64,000 nucleotides of DNA from Cyanophora paradoxa CCMP329. Lineage: Eukaryota > Plantae > Glaucophyta. The stretch covers positions 102,949 to 166,948 of the forward strand of contig QPMI01000173.1 in the NCBI GenBank assembly GCA_004431415.1, written 5' to 3'. The translations under genes were made by a program, and so were the position numbers. This document shows positions 38,501 to 57,182 of this stretch, piece after piece. The first letter of the stretch is position 1. Every line of letters begins with the position of its first letter. The notes beneath the pieces are model-generated. The model worked only from the letters and a program-made list of their open reading frames with translations. It made no database searches and was not told the DNA's origin.

Positions 38501-40261
38501 CGGCCCCAGAGCAGCGCCCCGTCGTCGGCCGCCCGCTCCTGCTCGACGAGGCGGCGGTACTGCCTCACGGCGGGGTTTGCCTCCGACGTCTTCCCCGAGG
38601 CCGGGTGCGCGAAGATCGCCCCCTCCCCCTGCTTGTCGATCCGGAGCTCCCAGCCGGGCGGCACCCGGCACAGCTCCTGCGCCGCGCGCTTGGCGAGCCA
38701 GAAGAGGTGCGCGTCGCGCCCCGCGGGGTCGGCGTCCAGCCCGATCGCCTCCGCCGCCGCCAGGACCTGCCGCCGGCCGCGTCGCCGGGGGAGGCGAGCG
38801 GGCGCGACGCGGCGGGGCGGCGGGGCGGCACCATCTCGGGGTCACGCGGAGGGCGCGGTGCTCCAGGAGCCCCTGCGCCGCCGCCAGCGCCGCGCTGCGA
38901 GGGGCGTCACCGGCGGCGTCGGCGGCGGCGGCGGCGCGGGGGGCGCCGGCTCGGCGGGGCGCGGTCGGTCGGACCTCCTCGCGTCCATGGCGAGGGGCCG
39001 CGTGAAGCCGTCGAACGCGAGGGACTGGCGGCGCACGCGCGGGCGCGCCGGCTCCGACCGCTGGCTGCCGCTCGCCTGCCGCGGGAGGGGCACGGGGGGG
39101 CCGACGGGGGCGCCCTTCACGACGAAGCTCCCGACGAGGTGCCCCGGCACGCGCTCCCGGCCCCGGACCCCGTTCGAGGGCCGCCGCGAGGGCCCCGGCG
39201 TGGCCCCCGTGAGCCCCGCCGAGGGGATGCGCGGCGGGCCGCCCAGGGCCCCACGGGGCCCGTCAGGCCGCTGCCCGTCGAGGCGACGCTGCCCGTGGAG
39301 CGGTGCCGCGCGCCCCGCGCCGGCCCCGCCCCGACCCCGCCTCCTCCTCCCGCAGCGCCTCCAGCGCCGGCGCCGGCGCCCCGCCCGCCGCCCGCCGCTC
39401 CGCCCGCGCACGCTCCCGCAGCGCCGTGAGGTGTGCGCGCCGCTCCTCCTCCTCCTGCAGCCGCAGCTCCGTCTCCTGCTCCTTCCACACCCCCTTCTGC
39501 ACCTGACGGCCCCCCGCGTCGGTCCGCCCGGCCGGGGCCCAGGCGGCGCGCTCGGGGCGCGTCTGCGCACCTGGAAGAGGCTTTTGTAGTATGAATCCAT
39601 AGGGTGATCCCGCTGGCTCTGCCCCGTCAGCGCGTTGAAGAAGTACTGCGCGCCGGCGCGGTGAGCCGGCGGGCGGGCGGCCGGCGGTGGGGCGGGGCGG
39701 GGCGCGGCGCGCCTCGAAACCCTCGGCGTCCTCCTGTTGGCTCCACTCCGACATCTCGAAGCCGGCGAAGGAGAGCGAGGGCAGCGGCGCGCAGTACGCG
39801 GCCTGCGTCCCCGCGTGAGCGGCGGGGCGGGGCGGGGCGGGGCGGGGCGGGGGCGGGGCGGGGCGGGGCGCGCCTCGGCGATCCAGAGGAACGGAGCGTC
39901 GGTCACGGGGTGGATGCCGAGCGACCGCGCGAAGACCTCGAGGTCCTGCCGCCCGCTCAGCGCGGCGACGAAGGGGGGCGGCGGCGCCGCCGCGCACCTC
40001 CGCCGCCGGCATCTTCTCGCGACCGCGGGGCGCCATCAGGAGAGGGCCCAGCAGGTACGCGTTCGTCGGGTACTTCAGAAGCGGCCATTCGGGCTGCAGC
40101 GCGGCCGTCCGTGCCGAGTCGTCGGGCGGCCCGTGCAGCACTGCTGTCCTACTGCTGGGAAGACGCAGCTGGGCCCCTGCGCTCGGCCTGCCGACAGGAT
40201 AGAGCTCTCCCTCCGCCGCATGTGACTTCCGCCTGGGCGCCTGCACCAATGCGGATGCCAT
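32542..40261 (-). CDS. CEP164-like WW modules x2 + IQ motifs + four C2 domains; probable ciliary/basal-body protein
   Basis: DLEVFARSLGIHPVTDAPFLWIAE..APLP..W..YFFNALTGQSQRDHPMDSYYK and a second copy AIGLDAD..HLFWLAK..VPPGWE..SEANP. C2 motifs VRVAVVAGRSLVAKQSDGKSHPYV..TTLDPEW..VEVW..YMGEVRV. IQ motifs AVQRLFRGHLARRR and LQSLWRSLGARRRL. Confidence 0.75.
35210..36388. repeat. Near-identical 537-bp direct duplication (35210-35746 and 35852-36388; offset 642 nt = 214 codons) encoding a C2 domain
   Basis: Copies compared by eye show about 4 substitutions; the reading frame is preserved. Confidence 0.95.
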
Positions 40262-40722
40262 GTTGAACGGAGGCCCCGGCTGGGGGGCGCTTCCTAGGCC
40301 CGACCAGAATCACCAAACCCTGAGGGGATCCGATTCGCTGTGCTGATGAAGCTTGAAGCCCAGGGCGCCGCTACTGGGGTCTGCGCTAAGAAAGGAGCAT
40401 GCTCACGCAGCGCCGTCTGGCAGTTACTGGCCGATTGCACTAGCTCTTCTGCCCGTATAGACGCGCTCTGTGGCCCCAGGCCCGCGCCACGACGTTTCGG
40501 GTCGAGATTACAAGTGTACCCTCGGGAACCGAAGCGCCGATTGCTTCCCCGTGAGGTCGCGCAATCGGCGCGTCGGTTCCCGTGTCCGGAGGAATGGGCT
40601 TCGAAAGCGCTCTGATGTCCGATCCGGATCCGCAGCTGTCACAGCAGCGGCACAGCTCAGTCCCACAGCTGAATCGGGGGGTACAGTCTTTCCGGCTCAG
40701 GCCGCTGAGACTCGCTCTAGAC

Positions 40723-42561
40723 ATGTGGAACGAGGACAGGGATGAGGGCGGCGGATACCGTCGCAGAGACGACGATGGGCCTCGGCGGGACTTCCGGCGG
40801 GACGACGATGGGCCGAGGCGGGACTTCCGGCGGGACGATCGGCGGGACGACCGAAGGGACGATCGGAGGGACTCCGATCGGGGTGGCCGGTACGAGGGAC
40901 GCCGGGTGGACGAGCACGAGATTTCATCGCTCAGCGCCTCGGAGCGGGCAGCCCGCGAGCAGGTTCGCCGCGTCACCGCCGGCCTCATGCGGGAGGGTGC
41001 CGCTTGTACGTGAGGCTAGCGAAGCCTCCGGGCGCCCCGTCCCCCGCTTTCACAGCGGAAGCTCTTAGCTCTTAGCTGCGCCGCTTCCGGGGACCGCATC
41101 TGAAGCCCGAACTCCCGCGGAACCTGTTTAGAGCCTTCTTGACTCGCCCGCAGGCGCTCCTGGCCCGGGTTGGCGGAAGCGGCGGGGGCTACGGGGGGGG
41201 TGGCGGGCGGCGGGGCCGGGGCGAGGACTTCGACGCTATGCCGCCGCTGTACAGCATCCACAGAGCGCGCGTCGTGAAGGTCACGGACTTCGGTGCGCCG
41301 CCTGGCGCCCGCCCGGCCCGCGGAGCTCGAGGATGGAATTGATCTGAAGCTCGAGTGCCGCCGCAGGCGCCTTCTGCGAGATGGAGGGGTTTGCGAAGCA
41401 CGGTCTGGTGCACGTCTCGCAGCTGACGCAGACGCGCATCGAAAAGGCGAGCCAGGCCGGCCGCGGTCGCACGCGCGCGCGCGCGCGCGGCGCGTCGCCT
41501 GCTGACGGGGCGGCCCCCGCCGACGCCGGCGCAGGAGGAGATCAAGGAGGTGGTCGCGGTGAACGACCCGGTCTTCGTGAAGGTGATCGGGCTGGAGGGC
41601 GGTAAGATCAGCCTCTCCATGAAGTACTGCAACCAGTCCACCGGCGACGACCTCGTCCGCTGCGGCCCCCCGCCCCGCTCGGCTGCGCCTGACGAAGCTC
41701 GCTGCGGCGGCGGCGGCGCAGGACGTGAACGAGGTGGAGCTGTCCCGGCAGCTCTCCAGGCGTCGCGGGGTCGCCGGCGAGCCCCCCAAGATCGAGATCG
41801 GCGTGCGCCCGGGGGCCCCGGAGCCCCGCGCCCCGCGCCGCGACGCCGGCGCCGACGCCCCGCGCAGGCGGTGATGAACACCGTGTGCCCCAAGTGCGGC
41901 ACCAAGGGCCACGTGCGTCCAGCGCCGCGCCGAACGCGGGCGCGCCCCGCTGCCCCGATGCCCCGCCGCTGAGCGCCCCCGCGGCCGCAGTTCGCGTACG
42001 AGTGCCGGGGGGCGGCCGGCGACAAGGGCGCCGGGTACGACCTCGTCGAGGAGGAGAAGCCGCCGCCACCAGCAGGGCCGCCCGGCGCGCCGCGGGCGCC
42101 GCCGGTGTCCGTGGAGGACCTCGCCAAGGCCGAGCGCCGCAGGGAGAAGGAGGAGCGCCGCAAGCGCAAGGCGCGCGGGGGCGGGGCGGGGCCGGCGGCC
42201 GGGGGCGGGCGCGGCTGACCGGCCGCGGGGCGCAGGAGGAGCGGCGCAAGCGGAAGGCGGAGAAGAAACGTGAGAAGAAGGTGCGGAAGAGGGGGGTACA
42301 AGGTCGTCCCTTCCGACCGAGCGCGTACCCTGCGCAGGAGAAGAAGCGACGGAAGAAGGAGCGCAAGGAGAAGGAGAAGGAGAAGGACAAGGAGAAGGGG
42401 AAGGACAAGAAGGGGAAGGACAAGAAGGTGCGCTTGAGCTCGCCCGCTGGGCCCCAGGGTCCGGAGCCCACGTGACAGGGCGTCGGCAGGAGCGGCGGGG
42501 CTCCAGCGACTCCTCGAGCGGCAGCGACAGCGACAGCAGCTCCAGTTCAAGCCGCAGCTAG
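40723..42561 (+). CDS. ZCCHC17: ZCCHC17/pNO40-like S1 RNA-binding + CCHC zinc knuckle protein
   Basis: PPLYSIHRARVVKVTDF|GAFCEMEGFAKHGLVHVSQL..VFVKVIGLEGGKISLSMKYCNQSTGDDL..NTVCPKCGTKGH|FAYEC; Lys-rich tail; RD-rich N-terminus. Confidence 0.85.
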
Positions 42562-43124
42562 CGCCCCCGCGCGATGCGCGACCCCCGGCGGCGCGCATGG
42601 CAGCTTCAGCGCGAGTTGCGTAGCTGCGCGTGCAGGCCTAAAGCTTAAGCTAGGTTGCGTATACGTACGCGCGCGTACGGCGCGTGGGCTTGACGGCTTC
42701 CCCCGGCATGCAACGCAACTGCGAGGAGTTTTACGGCCGGCATGCAACGCCACTGCGAGGCAGTGCGCATGCGCGCGGCCTACTAGCTAGGCTAGCTATA
42801 GGCCTGGCGCGGCGCTGGCATGATGCATGTATGATACGTACCCCCCAAGTAGACCGCCGCCACGTACCCCAAAGTACGCGGCTCGGAAACCTTTGCCCGC
42901 CACGCCGTAAGCAGCTGAAAACTGCTGCGGTTCGGAAAACTTTGCTGCGGGGCGAGCTGACCGAGCTCGCCCCATCACCGGTTAGTCTTCTGAGTCGTCA
43001 CTCGCCTGCTCCCGCCCGCTGTGAGCGATCTAGATTCGCGATAAGAACGCGGCGTACGAGCGCATCGCGATGTTTGATTGTCGCGGCGCAGCCTAAACCC
43101 GAATCGGGCGCCAGAATCTGGAAG

Positions 43125-46100
43125 ATGGGCAAGGGCAAAGACTTGAAGGCCGCTTCCGCCGGCGACAAAAAAGGAGAAGATAAGGTGCTTGCTGTCGCTC
43201 AGTGCTGTCTGGGCGCTCGGCGCTGAGCCTGACCTGCGCGCTCTGCGCAGACAACGGCGAACGTGGAGCCCGCGCCGGCGGTGACCGTGACGAATGAGAA
43301 CGATGATCAACCCGAGGAGGAATTCGAGGAGTGGAACGACGAGATCCCCCGTACTCGCGCTCCGGTCATCTTGGCGGATATGGCGCGGAGCCACGGGAGC
43401 CGCCACGAGCGGCTGGACTCGTGCGCAGAGCAGTCGCCACGCTCGCATCCGGACTCGCCCGAGCAGTACTCGTTGAAAGGCGCGATCGAAGGCCTACGCC
43501 CGCGCCGTGTGCTCTCTCTCCGCAACCTCTCCGAACTCGACCTGGCGGCGGAGTCGCAGTCGCAGCCCCGGGAGGGCGCGCACAACAACGTCAGCGGCGG
43601 CGCGACGCCCACCGACCGCGTCTGCGCTCTCTCGGCCGGCGGCGAGCGCCACGAAGAGGAGAAGAAGAAAGTTCGCCACGCTTCGGAGGCCCCGGTCCCG
43701 GGCTTCTTCGGCTGGTTGTACGGGCGGCTCTTCGGCAACGTCGCCATCGCGCAGCACCGCGTCATGCGCATCAAACACAGCGTCGAGTCCGGCGCTTCGC
43801 TCGTGTTCGTTCTCCCTTACGAGGTCCGGCTGCTGCCCGCGCCGGCGCTGCCCCGCTCCGCGGCCGGCCTCACGCGGGCGCCGCAGAGCGTGCTGACGAC
43901 GATGCTCTTGCACTACGTGCTGCTGCGGTACGGGGCGCTACTGGGCTTCAACACCAAGTCCTTCGGCTGGTGGTGGCTCTTCCGCTGGCTCAGCACGCCC
44001 ACCGGGTGGCTCAAGGACCTCGGCTCGAGCGGCGCCATGCAGCCGCGCATCATCGTCATGCAGCGGCCCATCACGTTCGTCACGCGTGTCGCCTACGGCC
44101 TCCAGTGGCTCGGCAAGAAGGTCGTGGATGGGATTCGCGCGCTGGCGGGCAAGCCGCCACTGCCGCGCCCGTCGCTCTCGCAGCGCGCCAAGGCCGACGA
44201 CGCGCTCGTGCGGTTGGTCAAGGCCCAGCGCGGCGACGCCAAGAGCGTCGGCACCATCCACCTGTGCCCCGAGGCCCGCCCCGCCCCGCCCTGCCCCGCC
44301 CCTCCCGCCCGGCCTTGCGCTCTGAGCTAAACAAGCCGCGCGCAGCTGGTCGTGTGGAGCCAGGCGCCTTACCGGGACCGCCGGCTCCAGACCAAGGGTG
44401 GCCGCGCCATCGACTGGGTGTACGGCACCGCTGAGGCCCCCGGTGCACCCCGCCTCGTCGGGCCTCGCCTCCAGCTCCAGCAGCTAACTTGGATCGGCGG
44501 GGCAGGCTTCGTGCGGGAGCTCTTCATGTGGTACCGGGACCGGCGGAGCACCGTGCTGCTGGGCGGGGACCCCATGGACCTCCAGAAGCTCTCCTCGGAC
44601 TCCAAGTTCGAGGGCAAGGACGACGTTGCCATCGCCCGCGTGCGCCCCGCCCCGTCCCGCCCCGCGCGCCCTCTCACGGCGGCGGGCCTCAGGAGGTGCG
44701 CCGCACGCTGGAGGAGCGCTTCACCGAGGAGCGCAAGGTCATCACCGGGCCCTCGATTCAGGTCCGCGCCCCCGCGCGCCCCCGTCCGGGCGGCCGGCCT
44801 CTCTCCGACGCGGCCGCCTGGCGCCGGGCAGGACCAGAGCCTGCTGATCAGCGCGGTGATGTCGTCGGCCAAGGTCCAGGCGGCCATCGACGTGACGCTG
44901 GCGAAGACGCCGGGGGCCTCGCGCGAGTCGATCGAACGGGAGGGGCGGACGACGCTGATGAAGATGGCGGCGGCGTACAACTTCCGGGTCATCCGCGGCC
45001 TCGGCTTCTTCCTCAAGTACATCTTCCGCCACCTCTTCACGGCCATCGAGGTGGACCTGCCGGGGCTCGAGCGCGTCCGCAACGCCTGCCGCAAGCACCC
45101 CGTCATCTTCATGCCCTGCCACAAGTCCCACATGGACTACCTCCTCCTGAGCTTCGTGCTGCGCGAGGTCGACATGCCGCTGCCGCACATCGCCGCCGGC
45201 GAGAACCTCAACATCCCCATCGTCGGCTGGATCTTCCGCTCCTGCGGGGCCTTCTTCATCAAGCGCACGGGGGGCGGGGAGGTCTACTCGGCGATGCTCG
45301 GCGAGTACGTGACGCAGCTCCTCGCCTCGGGCTTCTCCCTCGAGTTCTTCGTCGAGGGCGGGCGCTCCCGCTCGGGCAAGCTCGCGCGCCCCCGCACCGG
45401 CATGCTCAACATCGTCACCAACGCCGTCCTCGACGGCCGCGTGCCCGACGCCTACATCGTCCCCGTCTTCATCGGCTACGACAAGGTCGTGGAGCTCAAG
45501 TCGATGTCGAGCGAGCTGATGGGCGAGAAGAAGAAGCCCGAGTCGCTGGGCGCCGTCATCAAGGCCTCCCGCGTCCTCGGCCTCACCTTCGGGCGCTGCT
45601 GCATCCAGTTCGCGCGCCCCCTCTCCATCCAGCAGTTCGTGCAGGGGCAGATGGCGAAGCCCTCCAAGTCCCTCTCCTCGGGCGTCCCCGCCTCGCCCTT
45701 CCTCGCCCAGCGGCCCTACGACCCCTTCACCAAGGAGGAGGACCGCCGCTCCGCCGTCCGCGCCATCGCCCACCGCATCGTCTACGACATCAACCAGGCC
45801 CGCCCGCCCGCCCGCGTCGCCCCGCGCCCCCCGTTAGCTCGCCACGCTGACCTGACGCGTGTGCAGAACTCGCTGGCGATGCCCTCGTCGCTGGTGGCGA
45901 CGGTGCTGCTCACGCACAGCGCCCGCAGCATCTCGCTGGCGGAGCTCGCCGAGCGCATCGACTGGCTCGCCCGGGAGGTGGTCGCCCGGGGCGGCATGCT
46001 CGCGCCCTGGGGCGACATGACGGCCGCGCAAGTGGCGGAGAAGAGCGTGGCGAGCCTGGAGGGCCTCGTGAAGAAGGCCCCCGCGGAGCGCGTGCTCGAG

Positions 46101-47597
46101 CCGATGCTGCGCGCCCGCGAGAGCCGGCGCCTGGAGCTCGCGTACTACCGGAACAACATCATCCACCTCTTCGTGGCGGACAGCATCATCGCGACGGCGC
46201 TGGCGGTGCACGAGCGCCGGGCGGTGCGGCAGTCGAGCCTCCTGCAGGAGGTCAAGTTCGTCTCCCTGCTCCTCAAGTTCGAGTTCAGCTACGACCCGAA
46301 CGGCCTCGGCGTCAACTTCTCCCGCACCATCGCCGCCCTCCAGGACCGCGGCTACGTCGCCCTCACCCCGCACCACCCCGTCCGCCCCGCCCCCGAGCAC
46401 GGCTCCCTCGCCCCGCCCCGCCCCGCCCCCGCCGCCCCCGCCCCCGCCGCCCCCGCACCCGCTTCCGCCGCCCCCTCCACCCCGACGGCCTCGGCCTCGG
46501 GGGCCCCCGGGAACCCCATCCCGCCCTTCCTTCTGGAGCCCCTGGGCACCGGCGACAGCGTGCGCGGCGCCGGCCCGGCTGAGGCGGAGGCGAGCTGACT
46601 GAGGGGCGGGCAGAGCGCGCTCGGCCCGGCGACGTCCGAGGACCCGGACATCGCCGTGACGGCCCTCGGCGAGGAGGAGACCGGCTTCCTCTGCCGCCTC
46701 CTCTACCCCTTCCTCGACTCGTACTGGTGCCCCCCCCCCCCCCCCCGCGCGCCTCCTCCGGCCCCTCGCCGAAGCTCACCGGGGGCGCAGGGTGGCGGCG
46801 CTCTCGCTGCTCGCCCTCACGAAGCGGGCGCCCGGAGAGTCCGAGGGCTCTGTGCGCGGCGGCACGGCGGCCGCGGCGGCCGCCGCCTCGGGCTCGCCCG
46901 GGGGCGCGGGGGAGGGGGAGGGGGAGGGGCGGCCGATGCCGGAGAGCGTGCTGCTGCGGAAGATGCAGGTGGTGGCGGAGACGCTGTACCAGGAGGGCGA
47001 GATCCGCACCTCGGAGGCCGTCTCCATCGAGACCATCAAGAACGCCCTCACCCTCTTCGAGGACCTCAAGGTCGTCGTCCGCGAGGTCCCATCCCATCCC
47101 ACCCCATCCCACTACCATCGCACTCGCCCCGTCCCGATGCCGCCCCGCGCAGGTGCCCGCCCCGGGCTCCCCCATGGCGCTGGCGGCGGCAGCGGCGGCC
47201 GCCAAGGCTGCCGAGAAGGCCAAGAAGAAGGGCGGGGCGGCCAAGAAGCCGGCGCGGGCCGCCGCCCCCGAGCGCCTCGTCAAGCTCACCCGCCCCTTCC
47301 TCGACGACGAGCACCTTCTGCAGGTACCCCCCTTCCTCTTGCCCCCCCCCCCCTCTCCCGTACCCCCGACCCGATCCGCCCCCGCCCCGCCACACAGCGC
47401 TTCATAGAGCTCGTGGGACGCTACCGAGCCCCGACCAACTATGTCCGTAGGATCCCCGCCACCTGCCGCGCGCCGCGGCGCGCGCGCTGACGCCTGCGCC
47501 CGCGCCTGCGCAGCGCTTCATCGACGCGATCGGGCGGTTCCGGCGCTCGAGCCTCGCCTTCCGCTCCGCCTCCAAGATCGTCGAGATGTCCATCTGA
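43125..47597 (+). CDS. Glycerol-3-phosphate acyltransferase, PlsB/GPAT-DHAPAT family, with long N-terminal region
   Basis: Acyltransferase motifs PCHKSHMDYLLLS (HX4D), PHIAAGENL, GAFFIKR, LEFFVEGGRSRSGK, IVPVFIGYD and LAYYRNNIIHLF. Confidence 0.92.
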
Positions 47598-48346
47598 GGG
47601 CCCTGTACCCCTGTACCACCTTACGCAGCGCAGCGGGCTTAGTGGGCGCGGTTTCAAGTGTTTATTGCACGGGGCGGCCCCGCCGCCGGCCATAGGGTAG
47701 GGCGGGGTCCCCCGCGGGGTAGCTAGCTAGCTGGCCTTGCGAGTTGCTTGCTTTCTCTTTATTTTCGATGCTAGCGAAGAGACTTCATCGATTCACATAG
47801 TATTTTCTTTTTTCAGAGCCTTTACATGTTCCATGTATTACCTATAGCTACATTGAGCAATCATGCCGTTCACTTCTTAACTCAGTGACTCTGCCGCGGG
47901 CCGGGGGCCGGGGGCCCGGCCGGGGAGGCGTGGCCATGCATAAGGCATCTGGGGGCCGGGCCGGGGGCCCTGGCGCAAAACCTTGAAATGGAATTCGAAC
48001 CATACTATGATATGCACTGTCCGATCGAAAATCGCGATCGCGAGGCCTGGGCTCGGCCGGAATTCGAACCTCGCGCGATCGGAACTTCGGAATTGGTAAA
48101 GCCCGGCGGCTGGGACTATGAGCTGCAAGGCTCGGAGAGGGCGCCGCGGCGGTTGCGCATGCAGTCCAGGGTGACCGCAGGAGCCGGAGGCCGCCGCATG
48201 ATGCCGACGCCGACCGCCCTTCTCTCTCTCTCCCCCCCCTCTCCGGGGTCGTCCGGGCCGGCCCCGCAAACGCACTGAAGTATACGTCGGAAACGATAAA
48301 GCCCGAGCGCCCCAGCCCCACCCGGCACGACCACTGCGCGAAACTA

Positions 48347-55623
<7,277 letters not shown>

Positions 55624-55706
55624 CCGCCCCAGCTCCCTGCTGTTTCTGTCTCGCTCGCGTTGCTTCGAATCGAATCCATCTCTGCATCATGGCCTGCCGC
55701 CGGCTC

Positions 55707-57041
55707 CTACTCCTCGGAGCCGAGGCGGTCGATCTCGGTGCGGATGTGGGAGAGGAAGTCGTCGAGGGAGACGCTGCGGCCCGAAGAGACGCTGCTCGAG
55801 ATGTTCACGTGCGCCAGCTCCCGGTACCTTCCGGACTCGAGCCCTCAGCGCGCGCGACGACTCGAATCTCCGAACTCGAGTTCGCACCGCTCGCGGCGCC
55901 AGGCGAGGAGCTCGGGGTAGCACCTCCGGAGCGCCGCCTCCGTCGACTCGCCCTTCTCCATGTCGAACTTGGGGCCCCAGATGACCGGCTTCGGGACCTG
56001 GGCGCACCCCGGGTCAGAGGAGGAGGGGGGGAGGGGGGGGGGGGGGGGGGGGGCGGGGGGAAGAGGGAGTGGGTACGCGTGCCTCGAAGTAGCGCTCGAT
56101 CATCTCGTGAAGGACGTCGTCGGTCGCCTCGAAGTGCACGACCAGGAAGCGGTGCCGCAGACCCGCCAGCGTCTCCTGCGCCCCCGCTCGCCGGCCCTTT
56201 CTTGAAAAAAGGGGTAGGAGGGCGGGGCGGACCTCGGGGAGGTAGATGACGGAGCCGGTGGTATCCACGCAAAAGTTGGACATCGGGCTCGGCATCTCGA
56301 CGCCCGCAGTCAGCTTGTTCTCCCAGTAGAGGTACCTGCAGCGGTGCCCGCGCTCAGCGGCCGGCGCGGGGCGCAGGGCGGGCGGGCCGCCGCCGCACCG
56401 GTCCTCCTTCTCCTTGAAGGTCGGATCACTGGGAAAGCCCATCCACTTGGCCATGCCCTCGATCCCAGAGTAGCCGAGCGCCTCGAGCTCGGGCCCGATG
56501 TTCTGCTCGATCTGGTCGTCGATGCAGACGAGCTGCGCCGCGCGCGGCGAACTCAGTCGCTTTCGTAGATGCGTTGCGACGGTCAGGCAAGCGCTCACGT
56601 GGAAGCCGTGCGCCGCGGCGAGCTGCGAGGAGCGGAAGCTCTTGCCCGTGTTGCTCATGCCGACGAACGCGATGGGAAGCCTATTCTCGCGGAGCATGAC
56701 GTCGAAATCAGCCGCTGCGTGCGAGGAAGCCCGTCGATCAGTCACGCGCGCGCCGGCCGGCGCGGGCGGCGCTCACAGGTCTTCACGGGACGATCGGACT
56801 GGGGAGATGCGTGCTTTTGGGACTGCATCTTTACAACGACGAAGACGGGCGAGCTGTTCCGCTCGAACGAGCGGGCCGCGGCGGGGCGCAACCTGTGGCC
56901 TGCGAAGAAGCCGCGGCGGGCCTCGCCAAGCGCCGCGCCCCCGCTCCTCGACCCTAGCTCGCATCGGCTTGAGGTCGAGGAAGGCGATGACGCGGCCTGA
57001 ACGGCCTGCACGGCCCAGGGCGCCGCAAAGAAGGTCGCCAT
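55707..57041 (-). CDS. Shikimate-kinase-like P-loop NTPase with probable plastid transit peptide
   Basis: Walker A IAFVGMSNTGKS; VDTTGSVIY (cf. shikimate kinase TGGG); N-terminus MATFFAAP...RGFFAGHRL; ends IDRLGSEE*. Confidence 0.7.
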
Positions 57042-57182
57042 CTTCTTGGACTGCGGTACCCAACGCAGAAAAAAAGTCGCGGCCTGCCTTCGTCGGAGGG
57101 AAGCGGCGACGCCGATCGCGTGCACCACAATCCGGGTCTCTTTAGTCGCCTCGAGCCGGCGTGCTGACCAGCTGCCGGCACG

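Noticed and set aside
40768-40870. 33-nt repeats and GACGA-type repeats that superficially resemble a CRISPR array
   Set aside because: They encode DDDGPRRDFRR/RRDD in ZCCHC17; there are no unique spacers and no cas genes, and the DNA is eukaryotic.
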